From the NCBI GenBank assembly GCA_965238075.1, contig OZ250173.1, forward strand, positions 2,208,001 to 2,272,000: DNA of 64,000 bases, read 5' to 3'. Shown one piece after another: positions 38,154 through 49,378 of this stretch (positions within the stretch are counted from its first letter, which is position 1; each line of letters opens with the position of its first letter). The notes beneath the pieces are model-generated. The model was not told the DNA's origin, ran no database searches, and saw nothing but the letters and a program-made list of their open reading frames with translations. A program made the position numbers and the translations under genes. Source of the stretch: Candidatus Entotheonellaceae bacterium (GTDB taxonomy: Bacteria > Tectomicrobia > Entotheonellia > Entotheonellales > Entotheonellaceae).

Positions 38154-40079
38154 ATGATGCTCGACAGCGCTTGGCTGGTGCCGCTTTGCCCATTGGCGGG
38201 CGCCGTGCTGAATGGCTTCTTCGGCAGGCGGTATCGCCACGAAACCGTGGGTCAGATCGCTATCGCCGCCGTCGGGCTGTCCTTCCTCTTTTCCCTGGCA
38301 ACCGCCATTGCCTTGATTTCTCGCCCAGAGCCCCTGCACCACGTCACCTACTTCACCTGGATTGCTTCCGGGGCGTACAGCGCCTCGGTGGGCCTGCTGA
38401 TCGACGGCCTCTCCTGCACCATGATGCTGGTGGTCAGCGGCGTCGGCCTGCTGGTGCATATCTATTCCACCGGCTACATGCACGACGACGAGGACCAGGG
38501 GCGCTACTTCACCTACCTGAACCTGTTCGTCGGCGCCATGCTCATCCTGGTGATGGCGGACAATTACCTGCTGATGTTCGTCGGCTGGGAAGGCGTGGGG
38601 CTGTGCTCCTACCTGCTGATCGGCTTCTGGTACACGCGGCAGAGCGCCAGCGACGCCGGCAAGAAGGCTTTCGTGGTCAACAGGATAGGGGACGTCGGCT
38701 TCGTGCTGGCGGTCCTGCTGTTGTTCGTCACCTTCCAGAGCGTCGATTTCCTCGACGTGCAACACCAGCTCGAAGGGATTAAGGCTTCCCACGGGGAGGG
38801 ACATGGGCCGGCGGGCCCGGCGGTGCTGACGGCCATTGCGCTGCTGTTGTTCATGGGCGCCATCGGCAAATCGGCGCAGGTGCCGCTGCATGTATGGCTG
38901 CCGGACGCCATGGAGGGTCCGACGCCGGTCAGCGCGCTGATCCACGCGGCGACGATGGTCACCGCCGGGGTGTACATGATGGCGCGCTCGGCGCTGTTGT
39001 ACGACATGGCGCCGATGGCCCTGGAAGTGGTAGCCGTGGTGGGCGTGCTCACGGCGCTGTTTGCGGCGTCCATGGCGCTGGTGGCTACGGATATCAAGCG
39101 GGTGCTGGCGTATTCGACGGTCAGCCAACTGGGGTTCATGGTCTTCGCGCTTGGCGTCGGCGCCTACGCGGCGGCGATCTTTCACCTGGTGACCCACGCC
39201 TTTTTCAAAGCGCTGCTGTTCCTGGGCGCTGGCAGCGTCATTCACGCCCTGGGCGGCGAGCAGGACATGCGGCGCATGGGCGGCCTGCGGCAGGCGTTGC
39301 CGACCACGCACTGGACTATGGCCACGGCCACCCTGGCGATTGCCGGCATTTTCCCCTTTGCCGGGTTCTGGAGTAAGGACGAGATTCTGGCCAGCGCCAT
39401 GAAGGCCGACGGTGTGGGCTGGCTGGGATGGATTGCAGCGTCGGTGGCGGCGTTTATGACGGCGTTCTACATGTTCCGCCTGCTGTACATGACCTTCTAC
39501 GGCGATTCGCGGGTCGAGTCGGACGTGGCGGCGCACGTGCACGAGGCGCCCGACGCCATGCGCGTGCCGTTGGTGCTGCTGGCCCTGCTGTCCGCCCTGG
39601 GCGGCGTGGTGCTCGGCTTTCCGCCCGAGCACGGCATGCTGCACCGCTGGTTGGAGCCGGTATTCGAGGCGGCGGCACACCCGCATGTCTTTTCTTCTGT
39701 GGATATTCTATTGATGGTGGTATCGCTGGCCGTCGCTGCGGCGGGCTGGCGCTTGGCGTATCGCTTCTACGTGCGCGAGCCGCAACTCCCGGAGCAGTGG
39801 CGGACCCGCTGGCAGGCGACGTACGACCTGCTGGTCAATACCTGGTACGTGGACGAACTCTACGCGCGCGTGTTCGTGAGGCCGATCTACCGGCTGTCGA
39901 ACAACGGATTGTGGCGGGCCTTCGACATCGGCTTCATCGATCGCATCGTGAATGGCCTTGGGCGCATCGTGCGCTTGGATGGCGAATTTCTGAGCACCCT
40001 GCAGACCGGCTACGCCCGCACCTACGCTCTGACGCTGGTGGTGGGTGCCATCGTCGTGTTCTGGGGGCTCGTAGGGTAA
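38154..40079 (+). CDS. nuoL: NADH-quinone oxidoreductase subunit L (copy 1)
   Basis: GWEGVGLCSYLLIGFW, GKSAQVPLHVWLPDAMEGPTPVSALIHAATMV, HAFFKALLFLGAG. Confidence 0.97.
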   Translation: MMLDSAWLVPLCPLAGAVLNGFFGRRYRHETVGQIAIAAVGLSFLFSLATAIALISRPEPLHHVTYFTWIASGAYSASVGLLIDGLSCTMMLVVSGVGLLVHIYSTGYMHDDEDQGRYFTYLNLFVGAMLILVMADNYLLMFVGWEGVGLCSYLLIGFWYTRQSASDAGKKAFVVNRIGDVGFVLAVLLLFVTFQSVDFLDVQHQLEGIKASHGEGHGPAGPAVLTAIALLLFMGAIGKSAQVPLHVWLPDAMEGPTPVSALIHAATMVTAGVYMMARSALLYDMAPMALEVVAVVGVLTALFAASMALVATDIKRVLAYSTVSQLGFMVFALGVGAYAAAIFHLVTHAFFKALLFLGAGSVIHALGGEQDMRRMGGLRQALPTTHWTMATATLAIAGIFPFAGFWSKDEILASAMKADGVGWLGWIAASVAAFMTAFYMFRLLYMTFYGDSRVESDVAAHVHEAPDAMRVPLVLLALLSALGGVVLGFPPEHGMLHRWLEPVFEAAAHPHVFSSVDILLMVVSLAVAAAGWRLAYRFYVREPQLPEQWRTRWQATYDLLVNTWYVDELYARVFVRPIYRLSNNGLWRAFDIGFIDRIVNGLGRIVRLDGEFLSTLQTGYARTYALTLVVGAIVVFWGLVG

Positions 40080-40098
40080 TAGGGAAGAGTTCCCTGCC

Positions 40099-40176
40099 GT
40101 CACTCCGGCGGAAGCCGGAGTCCAGAGGTTTTCCCGTGGCCGAGGTCGCTGGATTCCGGGTCAAGCCCGGAATGAC
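40099..40176. repeat. Bipartite palindromic repeat (dRS3/RPE-like) between nuoL and nuoM
   Basis: GTCACTCCGGCGGAAGCCGGAGTCCAG...CTGGATTCCGGGTCAAGCCCGGAATGAC. Confidence 0.8.
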
Positions 40177-40246
40177 CATTTAAGATGCTGAACGGGTTTT
40201 GTTTCCGTACGTAATGACGATTTTGTGCAAGGGTTAAAAAGCCATT

Positions 40247-41779
40247 ATGACTTGGCCGTTTCTCAGTAGTGTCGTATTCCTGCCCTTGCTGGGCGCCATC
40301 GTGCTGCTGGCGCTGCCGCGGCGTTGCGAGGCGTTGATGTGGGGCTGGACGCTAGGCGTCATGCTGGTAACGTTCGCCGTCTCGGTGGTGCTGTACGCGG
40401 CGTTCGACAGTAGCCTGCCGGGCATGCAGTTCAGCGAGCAGGCGACCTGGATCGGCGGTCTGGGCATCACCTACCACGTTGGCATCGACGGCATCAGCCT
40501 GCCGCTGTTCGTGCTGACGACGCTGCTGTCGCCGGTTGCGCTGCTGAGCGCCTGGCAGAGCATCGCCATCAAGGTGAAGGAGTTCGCCGTCCTCATGCTG
40601 GTTCTGGAAACCAGCATGCTGGGGGCGTTCGTGGCGCTCGACCTCTTCCTGTTCTTCATCTTCTGGGAAGCGATGCTGATCCCCATGTACCTGATGATCG
40701 GCATGTGGGGCGGCGAAAACCGCCTGTACGCCACGGTGAAATTCATCCTCTACACCATGACCGGCAGCGCCCTGATGCTGGTGGCGATTCTGGCCCTGCA
40801 TATCATTAACCTCCAGCAGGGCGGCGGGCGCTCCTTCGGTCTGTTTGATTTCTTCGCCCTCGACCTGTCGCTGCAGCAGCAAAAGCTCCTCTTCATGGCC
40901 TTCTTCCTGAGCTTCGCCATTAAAGTGCCGCTGTTCCCCTTCCACACCTGGCTGCCCGACGCGCACACGGAGGCGCCGACAGCCGGCAGCGTCATCCTGG
41001 CCGGGGTGTTGCTGAAGATGGGCGGTTACGGCTTCATCCGCTTTTGCCTGCCGCTGTTTCCCGCCGCCGCCACCGCGTTTGCGCCGCTGATTTCGGTGCT
41101 GGCGGTCATCGGCATTCTGTACGGCGCCCTGGTCGCCATGGTGCAGCCGGATATCAAGCGGCTGGTGGCCTATTCCAGCGTCAGCCACCTGGGTCTGGTG
41201 ATGCTCGGCATCTTCGCCGGCAACCTGGCCGGCTTGCAGGGCGGTATCCTGCAAATGGTCAACCACGGCCTCACCACCGGCGCGCTGTTCCTGCTGGTCG
41301 GCATGATCTACGACCGCCGCCACACCCGTCTGATCGCCGATTACGGCGGCCTGTGGCGGCAGATGCCGGTCTTCGCGGTGTTCTTCCTGGTGGTGATGTT
41401 CGCTTCCATCGGCCTGCCGGGGTTGAACGGCTTTGTGGGCGAGTTTCTCATCCTGCTCGGCGCTTTCGAGTTCAACCCCGGCTTCGCGGTGGTGGCGGCC
41501 CTCGGCATGATCCTGAGCGCCGTCTACATGCTGTGGATGTACCAGCGGGTCATGTACGGCGAGGTCACGCACGCGGCGAACCGCAACCTGCGCGATCTGT
41601 CGGCGCGGGAGATCACGCTGCTGGCGCCGCTGGTGCTGCTGATGTTCTGGATCGGCATTTATCCGAGCACGTTCTTGCGCCCGACCGATGCCGCCTCCAT
41701 CCACTTGCTGGAACAAGTGCGCAGCCGCGCCGTGCTGGCCGCGCCGGTATCCGCCCATGCAGGAGAACAGACCCCATGA
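40247..41779 (+). CDS. nuoM: NADH-quinone oxidoreductase subunit M (copy 1)
   Basis: FWEAMLIPMY, KVPLFPFHTWLPDAHTEAPTAGSVILAGVLLKMGGYG, GLPGLNGFVGEF. Confidence 0.97.
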   Translation: MTWPFLSSVVFLPLLGAIVLLALPRRCEALMWGWTLGVMLVTFAVSVVLYAAFDSSLPGMQFSEQATWIGGLGITYHVGIDGISLPLFVLTTLLSPVALLSAWQSIAIKVKEFAVLMLVLETSMLGAFVALDLFLFFIFWEAMLIPMYLMIGMWGGENRLYATVKFILYTMTGSALMLVAILALHIINLQQGGGRSFGLFDFFALDLSLQQQKLLFMAFFLSFAIKVPLFPFHTWLPDAHTEAPTAGSVILAGVLLKMGGYGFIRFCLPLFPAAATAFAPLISVLAVIGILYGALVAMVQPDIKRLVAYSSVSHLGLVMLGIFAGNLAGLQGGILQMVNHGLTTGALFLLVGMIYDRRHTRLIADYGGLWRQMPVFAVFFLVVMFASIGLPGLNGFVGEFLILLGAFEFNPGFAVVAALGMILSAVYMLWMYQRVMYGEVTHAANRNLRDLSAREITLLAPLVLLMFWIGIYPSTFLRPTDAASIHLLEQVRSRAVLAAPVSAHAGEQTP

Positions 41780-42126
41780 CCATGTTGCCGCTGCTCATCA
41801 CTTTCCTTCTGGCCGGCTTGGTGTGCGTGGTGATGCTCTCCCTGTCGCGCTTGTTCGGGCCGCGGCGCCCGACGCCGGTGAAGTCCGAGCCGTTCGAGTG
41901 CGGCATGGAGCAGATGGAGCAGCCGCGTCGGCAGTTCTCCGTCAAATTTTCGGTCGTCGCCATGCTGTTCATCGTGTTCGACATCGAGGTGGCCTTTCTG
42001 TACCCGTGGGCCGTGATGTTCCGGCGGCTCGACGTGGCTGGGTTCGTCGCCGTGCTGGTGTTCCTGGGGCTGCTGACGGTGGCCTTCGTGTATGCCTGGC
42101 GGCGCGGCGCGCTGGAGTGGAGCTAA
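41776..42126 (+). CDS. nuoA: NADH-quinone oxidoreductase subunit A
   Basis: KSEPFECG, FIVFDIEVAFLYPWA, RRGALEWS; ATG 41776 overlaps the nuoM stop. Confidence 0.95.
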   Translation: MTMLPLLITFLLAGLVCVVMLSLSRLFGPRRPTPVKSEPFECGMEQMEQPRRQFSVKFSVVAMLFIVFDIEVAFLYPWAVMFRRLDVAGFVAVLVFLGLLTVAFVYAWRRGALEWS

Positions 42127-43850
42127 TGCCGGGGGAAGATATGGTGGTTGAAGAATCCGTGACCAGCGCTAGGCTGAAGCAGGCGTTTGCCGACGCGGTG
42201 CTGGGGCAGCACGCCGAGCACGGCGACGACACCCTGACGGTGCGCCGCGAGGCGTGGCGGGACGTGGCGCAATTCCTGCGCGACGAGCCGGATTTGCGCT
42301 ACAACGTGCTGATGGACCTGACGGCGGTGGATTACCTCACCCTGGGGGATGGCGGCAGGGCGGCGCGCTACGAAATGGTGGCGCACCTGTACTCGCTGTC
42401 GCACAACCAGCGGGTGCGGCTGAAGGCGGCGGTACCGGACGACGACCCGCGCATCGACTCCCTGATGCCGACATGGGAGGGGGCCAACTGGTTCGAGCGC
42501 GAGGTCTACGACATGTTCGGCATCACCTTCGACGACCACCCGGACCTGCGCCGCATCCTGCTGTACAACGGCTTCGAGGGCCACCCGCTGCGTAAGGATT
42601 ACCCGCAGGACAAGGAACAGCCGCTCGACCACAACGCCCAGGACCCGACGTTCTACATGAACAAGCGCGACGGCGCCGGGTCTGAAACGCGCCACATGTT
42701 CGTGCACATGGGCCCGAGCCATCCGGCCATGCACGGCGTCATTCACATGACGCTCGAACTGGACGGCGAGACGATTGTCGATGGCGACACCGAGATCGGC
42801 TACCTGCACCGCGCTTTCGAGAAGGAGGCGGAGAGCCATACCTACACGCAGGTGATCCCGTACACCGACCGGCTGAACTACGTGTCGCCGCTGATTAACA
42901 ACGTCGGCTTCGTGCTGGCGGTGGAGAAGCTCTTCGACGTCGAGACGCCGGAGCGCTGCCAGTACATCCGGGTACTGGTCAGCGAGTTGTCGCGCATCAC
43001 CGACCACCTCACCTGCATCGCCGCCAACGCCATGGAGCTCGGCGCTTTCACGGTCTATTTCTACTTCATCAAGGCGCGCGAAGAAATCTGGAAGCTGGTG
43101 GAGGCCATCTGCGGCGCCCGCCTCACCACCACCTACACCCGCGTGGGAGGCGTCATGGCCGACCTGCCGGCGGACTTTGCGGACCGCCTGGCACAGGTTC
43201 TGGTGCTATTGCACGAGCAGATGCACGACGTGGAGCGTTTGTTGCAGAAGAACCGTATCTTCCACGACCGCATGCGCGGTACCGGCATCATCGCGCCGCA
43301 CGACGCCCTGGCACTGAGCTTCACCGGCCCGGTGCTGCGCTCGACCGGGGTCGATTTCGACGTGCGCAAGACGACGCCGTATCTGGTCTACGACCGCCTG
43401 GATTTCGACGTGCCGCTCGGCGAGACCGGCGACAACTACGATCGCTACTTGGTGCGCATGGAGGAGATCCGGCAGAGCGTTCGCCTCGTCGAGCAGTGCA
43501 TGGCGCAGATGCCCGACGGGCCGGTGCAACTCGACGACGCGCGCATGACGATGCCGCCGAAGGCCGAGGTTTACGGCACCATCGAGGGATTGATGAACCA
43601 CTTCAAGCTGATCATCGAGGGCATCAAGCCGCCCGCCGGCGAGGCGTACGTGCCGGTGGAGGGCGCCAACGGCGAGCTGGGCTTTTATCTGGTCAGCGAC
43701 GGCACCGGCCGTCCGTACCGCTGCCGGGTGCGGCCGCCGTGCTTCGCCCTCATGCAGGGTCTGCAAAAGATGCTCAAAGGCGGCATGGTCGCCGACGTGG
43801 TGGCGACGTTCGGCACCATCAACATGATCGCCGGCGAGAATGACCGGTGA
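42126..43850 (+). CDS. nuoCD: NADH-quinone oxidoreductase fused subunit C/D
   Basis: ANWFEREVYDMFGI...GHPLRKDYP (C) then MGPSHPAMHG, GYLHRAFEK, GENDR (D). Confidence 0.95.
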   Translation: MPGEDMVVEESVTSARLKQAFADAVLGQHAEHGDDTLTVRREAWRDVAQFLRDEPDLRYNVLMDLTAVDYLTLGDGGRAARYEMVAHLYSLSHNQRVRLKAAVPDDDPRIDSLMPTWEGANWFEREVYDMFGITFDDHPDLRRILLYNGFEGHPLRKDYPQDKEQPLDHNAQDPTFYMNKRDGAGSETRHMFVHMGPSHPAMHGVIHMTLELDGETIVDGDTEIGYLHRAFEKEAESHTYTQVIPYTDRLNYVSPLINNVGFVLAVEKLFDVETPERCQYIRVLVSELSRITDHLTCIAANAMELGAFTVYFYFIKAREEIWKLVEAICGARLTTTYTRVGGVMADLPADFADRLAQVLVLLHEQMHDVERLLQKNRIFHDRMRGTGIIAPHDALALSFTGPVLRSTGVDFDVRKTTPYLVYDRLDFDVPLGETGDNYDRYLVRMEEIRQSVRLVEQCMAQMPDGPVQLDDARMTMPPKAEVYGTIEGLMNHFKLIIEGIKPPAGEAYVPVEGANGELGFYLVSDGTGRPYRCRVRPPCFALMQGLQKMLKGGMVADVVATFGTINMIAGENDR

Positions 43851-43853
43851 GAA

Positions 43854-43942
43854 GAGCAGTGACTGGTGATTAGTGGTCAGTGGTCAGCAGGGGCGGATGT
43901 CTTCGTTGTTCTGGGCACTCGTCACTGACTACTAGCCACTGC
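43854..43942. repeat. Degenerate heptamer tandem repeats with an inverted counterpart
   Basis: gagcagt-gactggt-gattagt-ggtcagt-ggtcagc ... gtcactg-actacta-gccactg; similar run at ~32547-32603. Confidence 0.6.
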
Positions 43943-43964
43943 ATTTAGGGAGGACGACCGCGCC

Positions 43965-44447
43965 ATGGCCGTGCAACTCTCCGAGGCCGCCCAGGCTCGC
44001 ATCGCGCAGTTGATCGAACGCTATCCGACGCCGCGCGCCGTGATGCTGCCGGCACTGCACCTGGCGACGCAGGAGTTTCCGTATCTCGACGACGGGGTGT
44101 GCCAGGCGGTGGCCGACCTGCTGCAGGTGGCGATGGTGGACGTGAAGGGCGTGGCGACGTTCTACACCATGTTTCCCACCGCGCCGCAGGGCACCTGCGA
44201 GGTGCAGATTTGCTTCAACCTGTCGTGCTCGCTGCAGGGTGCCCGGCGTCTCTTGCGGCACGCCGAGCGGCAGCTCGGCGTCGAGGTAGGGCAGACCACG
44301 CCGGACGGACGGTTCACCCTGCGCGGCGTCGAGTGCATGGCGGCCTGCGACAAGGCGCCGATGATGTATCTGAACGACGAGCTGTACGGCAACGTGACCG
44401 AGGAAAAGCTGGACGAACTGCTGCACCAGAAAAGCAGTGGAGAGTGA
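43965..44447 (+). CDS. nuoE: NADH-quinone oxidoreductase subunit E
   Basis: VATFYTMF, ICFNLSCSL, VECMAACDKAPMM 2Fe-2S ligands. Confidence 0.95.
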   Translation: MAVQLSEAAQARIAQLIERYPTPRAVMLPALHLATQEFPYLDDGVCQAVADLLQVAMVDVKGVATFYTMFPTAPQGTCEVQICFNLSCSLQGARRLLRHAERQLGVEVGQTTPDGRFTLRGVECMAACDKAPMMYLNDELYGNVTEEKLDELLHQKSSGE

Positions 44448-44450
44448 ACC

Positions 44451-45728
<1,278 letters not shown>

Positions 45729-45746
45729 GGCAGCGGGGACGACATC

Positions 45747-46832
45747 GTGTGGGTTGACGTTCTGATCATCTTGCTCAAGGTCCTCGTGGTGCTGCTGGCG
45801 CTGATCCACCTGGGGGTGCTGCTGACTTGGGCCGAGCGCAAGCAGAGTGCTGCCATCCAGGACCGCATCGGCCCCAACCGGGCGCGCATCGCCGGGGTGG
45901 CGGCCATGGGCCTGTTCCACGCCATTGCCGACGGCATCAAAATGATTGCCAAGGAAGACTTCGTGCCCGCCGGGGCGCACCGCACCCTGCACACCCTGGC
46001 GCCGGCGGCGGCGCTGTTTCCTGCCCTGGTGGTGTTCGCGGTCATTCCGTTCGGCGACGTGCTGCGTATCGGCGAGCGCGTCATTCCGTTGCAGATCGCC
46101 GACCTGAACGTCGGCATCGTGTATATCTTCGCCATCTCCTCCATGGCGGTGTACGGCACCATGCTGGCGGGCTGGGCGTCGAACAACAACTACGCGCTGC
46201 TCGGCGGCCTGCGCGCCTCGTCGCAGATGATCTCGTACGAAATCACCATGGGGCTGTCGATTATCGGCGTGCTGATGATCTACGAAACGGCGCAGTTGAA
46301 CGTCATTGTGCAGAAGCAGGGCGAGTTGCTGTGGGGCTTCCTGCCCAAATGGGGCATCGTGGTGCAGCCGGCGGCCTTCTTTCTCTTCCTGGTCGCGGCG
46401 ATGGCCGAAAACAAGCGGGTGCCGTTCGACCTGCCGGAGGGCGAGTCGGAAATCATCGGCTACTTCGTCGAATACAGCAGCATGAAGTTCGCCATGTTCT
46501 TCCTGGCGGAGTTCGTCGAGATCGTCATCGTTTCCGGGCTGGTGGCCACGCTGTTCTTTGGCGGCTGGCAGGTCCCCTACCTGTACGCCGACGGCTTTCA
46601 CTGGCCGTTCGGCTGGGGCGCGTGGCAACTGCCGCACCTGTTGGTGGTGCTGCTTCAGGTGGCGTCGTTCGGCTTCAAGGTGCTGGTCGGCTGCTGGGTG
46701 CTGCTGACGGTGCGCTGGACGCTGCCGCGTTTTCGCTACGACCAGGTGATGCACCTGGGCTGGAAGATTCTGCTTGAGTTGGCCTTCGTCAACCTGCTGA
46801 TTACCGCCATAGTGGTGTTGCTGATTACCTGA
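45747..46832 (+). CDS. nuoH: NADH-quinone oxidoreductase subunit H
   Basis: ERK...QDRIGPNR, ADGIKMIAKED, PFDLPEGESE, WTLPRFRYDQ. Confidence 0.97.
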   Translation: MWVDVLIILLKVLVVLLALIHLGVLLTWAERKQSAAIQDRIGPNRARIAGVAAMGLFHAIADGIKMIAKEDFVPAGAHRTLHTLAPAAALFPALVVFAVIPFGDVLRIGERVIPLQIADLNVGIVYIFAISSMAVYGTMLAGWASNNNYALLGGLRASSQMISYEITMGLSIIGVLMIYETAQLNVIVQKQGELLWGFLPKWGIVVQPAAFFLFLVAAMAENKRVPFDLPEGESEIIGYFVEYSSMKFAMFFLAEFVEIVIVSGLVATLFFGGWQVPYLYADGFHWPFGWGAWQLPHLLVVLLQVASFGFKVLVGCWVLLTVRWTLPRFRYDQVMHLGWKILLELAFVNLLITAIVVLLIT

Positions 46833-46847
46833 TGCGCAGGCCCCTGC

Positions 46848-46876
46848 AACCCCCCAACCCCCCTTGTCAGGGGGGC
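46848..46876 (+). repeat. Hairpin submodule of the 175-bp repeat
   Basis: AACCCCCCAACCCCCCTTGTCAGGGGGGC, as in the copies near 10086, 10262 and (inverted) 57440-57467. Confidence 0.8.
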
Positions 46877-46979
46877 TAGGGTCCGCTTGCCGGTCGGCGA
46901 CACCCGGCGCCTCGGGGTATGCGGCGCGGCTGCAAAGGGTGGCCTCCTGGGCGGCAAATCTGGCGAACGGAAGAGTGCT

Positions 46980-47471
46980 ATGGAAGTTCTTTTATTCTGG
47001 ATATTTGCGGTTGTCGGGATGGGCTGCGGGTTCCTCGTGGTGTGGCACCGCAACCCGATGAACAGCGCCATCTATCTGGTGATCACCATGCTGTGCCTGG
47101 CCGGCCTGTACGTGCTGCTGATGAGCGGCTTCGTGGCCACGATACAGATTCTCATCTACGCCGGCGCGGTCATGGTGCTGATGTTGTTCGTCATCATGAT
47201 GCTCAACCTGCGCGCCGACTCCCTGCAGCGTGAGGGCAGCACGCGGGCCTGGTTGCTGGCCGCTGTCGTCGGCCTGGTGTTGGTCTTCCGCATCGCCGGA
47301 TTGTTTTCCATTGGCGACGCGAACCCGCCGGCAGCCGAGGACTTCGGCACCATCGAGGCGGTCGGCGCCAGCCTGTTCAGCACGTATCTGTTGCCGTTCG
47401 AGCTCGCCGCGGTATTGCTGCTGATCGCGGTGATTGGCGCCGTCATCCTGTCCAAACGCACGACGCCGTAG
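46980..47471 (+). CDS. nuoJ: NADH-quinone oxidoreductase subunit J (copy 1)
   Basis: RNPMNSAIYL, QILIYAGAVMVLMLFVIMMLN, YLLPFELAAVLLL. Confidence 0.95.
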   Translation: MEVLLFWIFAVVGMGCGFLVVWHRNPMNSAIYLVITMLCLAGLYVLLMSGFVATIQILIYAGAVMVLMLFVIMMLNLRADSLQREGSTRAWLLAAVVGLVLVFRIAGLFSIGDANPPAAEDFGTIEAVGASLFSTYLLPFELAAVLLLIAVIGAVILSKRTTP

Positions 47472-47492
47472 CGGCTTGGAGTTCCAAACCTG

Positions 47493-47795
47493 ATGATTCC
47501 CGTGTCGTACTATCTCGTGATCAGCGCCGTTTTGTTCATCACCGGGGCCATTGGCGTGCTGATGCGCCGCAACGCCCTGATTATGCTGATGTCGCTCGAA
47601 CTCATGCTCAACGCCGTCAACCTGAGCTTTGTGGCCTATGCCCGCATGCTTAACGACACCGGCGGACACGTCATCGTCTTTCTGAACATCGCTGTTGCCG
47701 CCGCCGAAGCCGTGGTGGGCCTGGCGATTCTGCTGGCCATCTTCCGGAACCGAGAAACGGTCAACATCGACCACTTGAATCTGATGCGGCACTGA
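47493..47795 (+). CDS. nuoK: NADH-quinone oxidoreductase subunit K (copy 1)
   Basis: RRNALIMLMSLELMLNAVNL, VAAAEAVVGLAI. Confidence 0.96.
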   Translation: MIPVSYYLVISAVLFITGAIGVLMRRNALIMLMSLELMLNAVNLSFVAYARMLNDTGGHVIVFLNIAVAAAEAVVGLAILLAIFRNRETVNIDHLNLMRH

Positions 47796-47818
47796 GGCCG
47801 GCGGGCTGGGGAAGAGGT

Positions 47819-49282
47819 ATGGAAGCACCGGCATTGTTGGAGGGTACGGCGGCGTTGCTGCCGCACATCACGATCCTGGTCACGGGCCTGGTCGTTCTGG
47901 TGCTGGATTTGTTCCTGCTGCCGCGCGACCGCTGGGCCACCGAGGCGGTTAGCCTGGTCGGTCTGGCGCTGGCGTTCGCGTGCGCTCTGGCGCAGGCCGG
48001 CGGCGAGCCGCGCACCGTGTTCATGGGCATGGCGGTGGTGGACGGCCTGGGGACGTTCTTCAACGCCGTGTTTGTGCTGATTGCCGCGCTCACCGTGCTG
48101 CTGTCGGCGTATTACGTGCGGCGTGAGGACATCCGCCCCGGCGAGTACTACGCGCTGATCCTGTTCGCCACCCTGGGCTTCATGTTCGTAGGCAGTTCGT
48201 CCGACCTGGTGATGATGTTCCTGGCCATCGAAACCTTCTCCATGGCGACGTACATCCTGGCGGGTCTGCTGCGCGACACGCCGCGCTCCCTGGAATCGGC
48301 TTTCAAGTATTTCATGCTCGGGTCGTTTTCCTCGGCATTTTTCCTCTACGGCATCGCTACGCTCTACGGCGCTTTGGGCACCACGAACCTGTTGGCTCTG
48401 TCGCAGGCCATGAGCGCGGAAGGCACGTCGCCACTGCTGCTGATGGGCATGGGGCTGCTGATTGTCGGCCTGGGCTTCAAGGTAGCGGTGGTGCCGTTTC
48501 ACATGTGGGCGCCGGACGTGTACGAGGGCGCCCCGACCGCGGTCACGGCGTTCATGACCGCGGGCCCCAAGGCAGCCGCCTTCGCTGCCCTGTTGCGGGT
48601 GTTCACGCAGGGTTTCGGCGCCCCCGCGTTCAGTGAGGAATGGGTGCCGATCTTCGCCGTGCTGGCGGCGCTGACGATGCTCCTGGGCAACATCGTGGCC
48701 ATCGTGCAGCAGAGCGTCAAACGCATGCTGGCCTACTCCAGCATCGCGCACGCCGGTTACGCCTTCGTCGCCCTGGTGGCGCACAACGCCGCCGGGGCCG
48801 GCAGCATCCTGTACTATCTGGTCGCCTATGCGTTCATGTCGCTGGGCGCCTTCACCGTGCTGATGATCGTCGTCCGCCGCGACGACCAGCGGCACGCCTT
48901 CGACGATTACGCCGGCCTGGGCGCGACGAACCCGGCGCTGGCGGCCATCATGTCGCTGTTCATGTTCGCCTTGGCCGGCTTTCCGCCCACCGCCGGGTTC
49001 ACGGGTAAGTTCTACGTGTTCAGCGCCGCGGTGCAGTCCGGCTACTACGTCCTGGCCCTGATCGGCGTGCTCACCAGCGTCATTTCGGTGGTGTACTACG
49101 CGCGGGTCGTTATTCTGATGTACATGCACGAGCCCGACGCCGAGGCGCCGCGCATCCGTCTGGCGCCGACCTCGATGGCGGCGCTGGGCGTCACCGTTTT
49201 CGGGGTGCTTTATCTGGGGGTTTTTCCGGGCGGCGTGATGCATCTGGCGGCGCGTTCGGTGGCCTTTCTGTTCCCCGGCTAG
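47819..49282 (+). CDS. nuoN: NADH-quinone oxidoreductase subunit N (copy 1)
   Basis: ESAFKYFMLG, FKVAVVPFHMWAPDVYEGAPT, KRMLAYSSIAHAGY, AGFPPTAGFTGK. Confidence 0.96.
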   Translation: MEAPALLEGTAALLPHITILVTGLVVLVLDLFLLPRDRWATEAVSLVGLALAFACALAQAGGEPRTVFMGMAVVDGLGTFFNAVFVLIAALTVLLSAYYVRREDIRPGEYYALILFATLGFMFVGSSSDLVMMFLAIETFSMATYILAGLLRDTPRSLESAFKYFMLGSFSSAFFLYGIATLYGALGTTNLLALSQAMSAEGTSPLLLMGMGLLIVGLGFKVAVVPFHMWAPDVYEGAPTAVTAFMTAGPKAAAFAALLRVFTQGFGAPAFSEEWVPIFAVLAALTMLLGNIVAIVQQSVKRMLAYSSIAHAGYAFVALVAHNAAGAGSILYYLVAYAFMSLGAFTVLMIVVRRDDQRHAFDDYAGLGATNPALAAIMSLFMFALAGFPPTAGFTGKFYVFSAAVQSGYYVLALIGVLTSVISVVYYARVVILMYMHEPDAEAPRIRLAPTSMAALGVTVFGVLYLGVFPGGVMHLAARSVAFLFPG

Positions 49283-49378
49283 GATGTGTAAATGACGCCC
49301 CTGCAATCGGTTGCTCGCCTGCGGTGGCTGTGCTATGGTTCCCGGAAATCCTGTTTGAAGGTGGTCTGAGGGCGTCGC

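Noticed and set aside
41044-42125. Long N-terminal extensions on nuoA (from 41044) and nuoCD (from 41688)
   Set aside because: They overlap nuoM and nuoA in other frames; coupled ATGs at 41776 and 42126 give normal-sized proteins.
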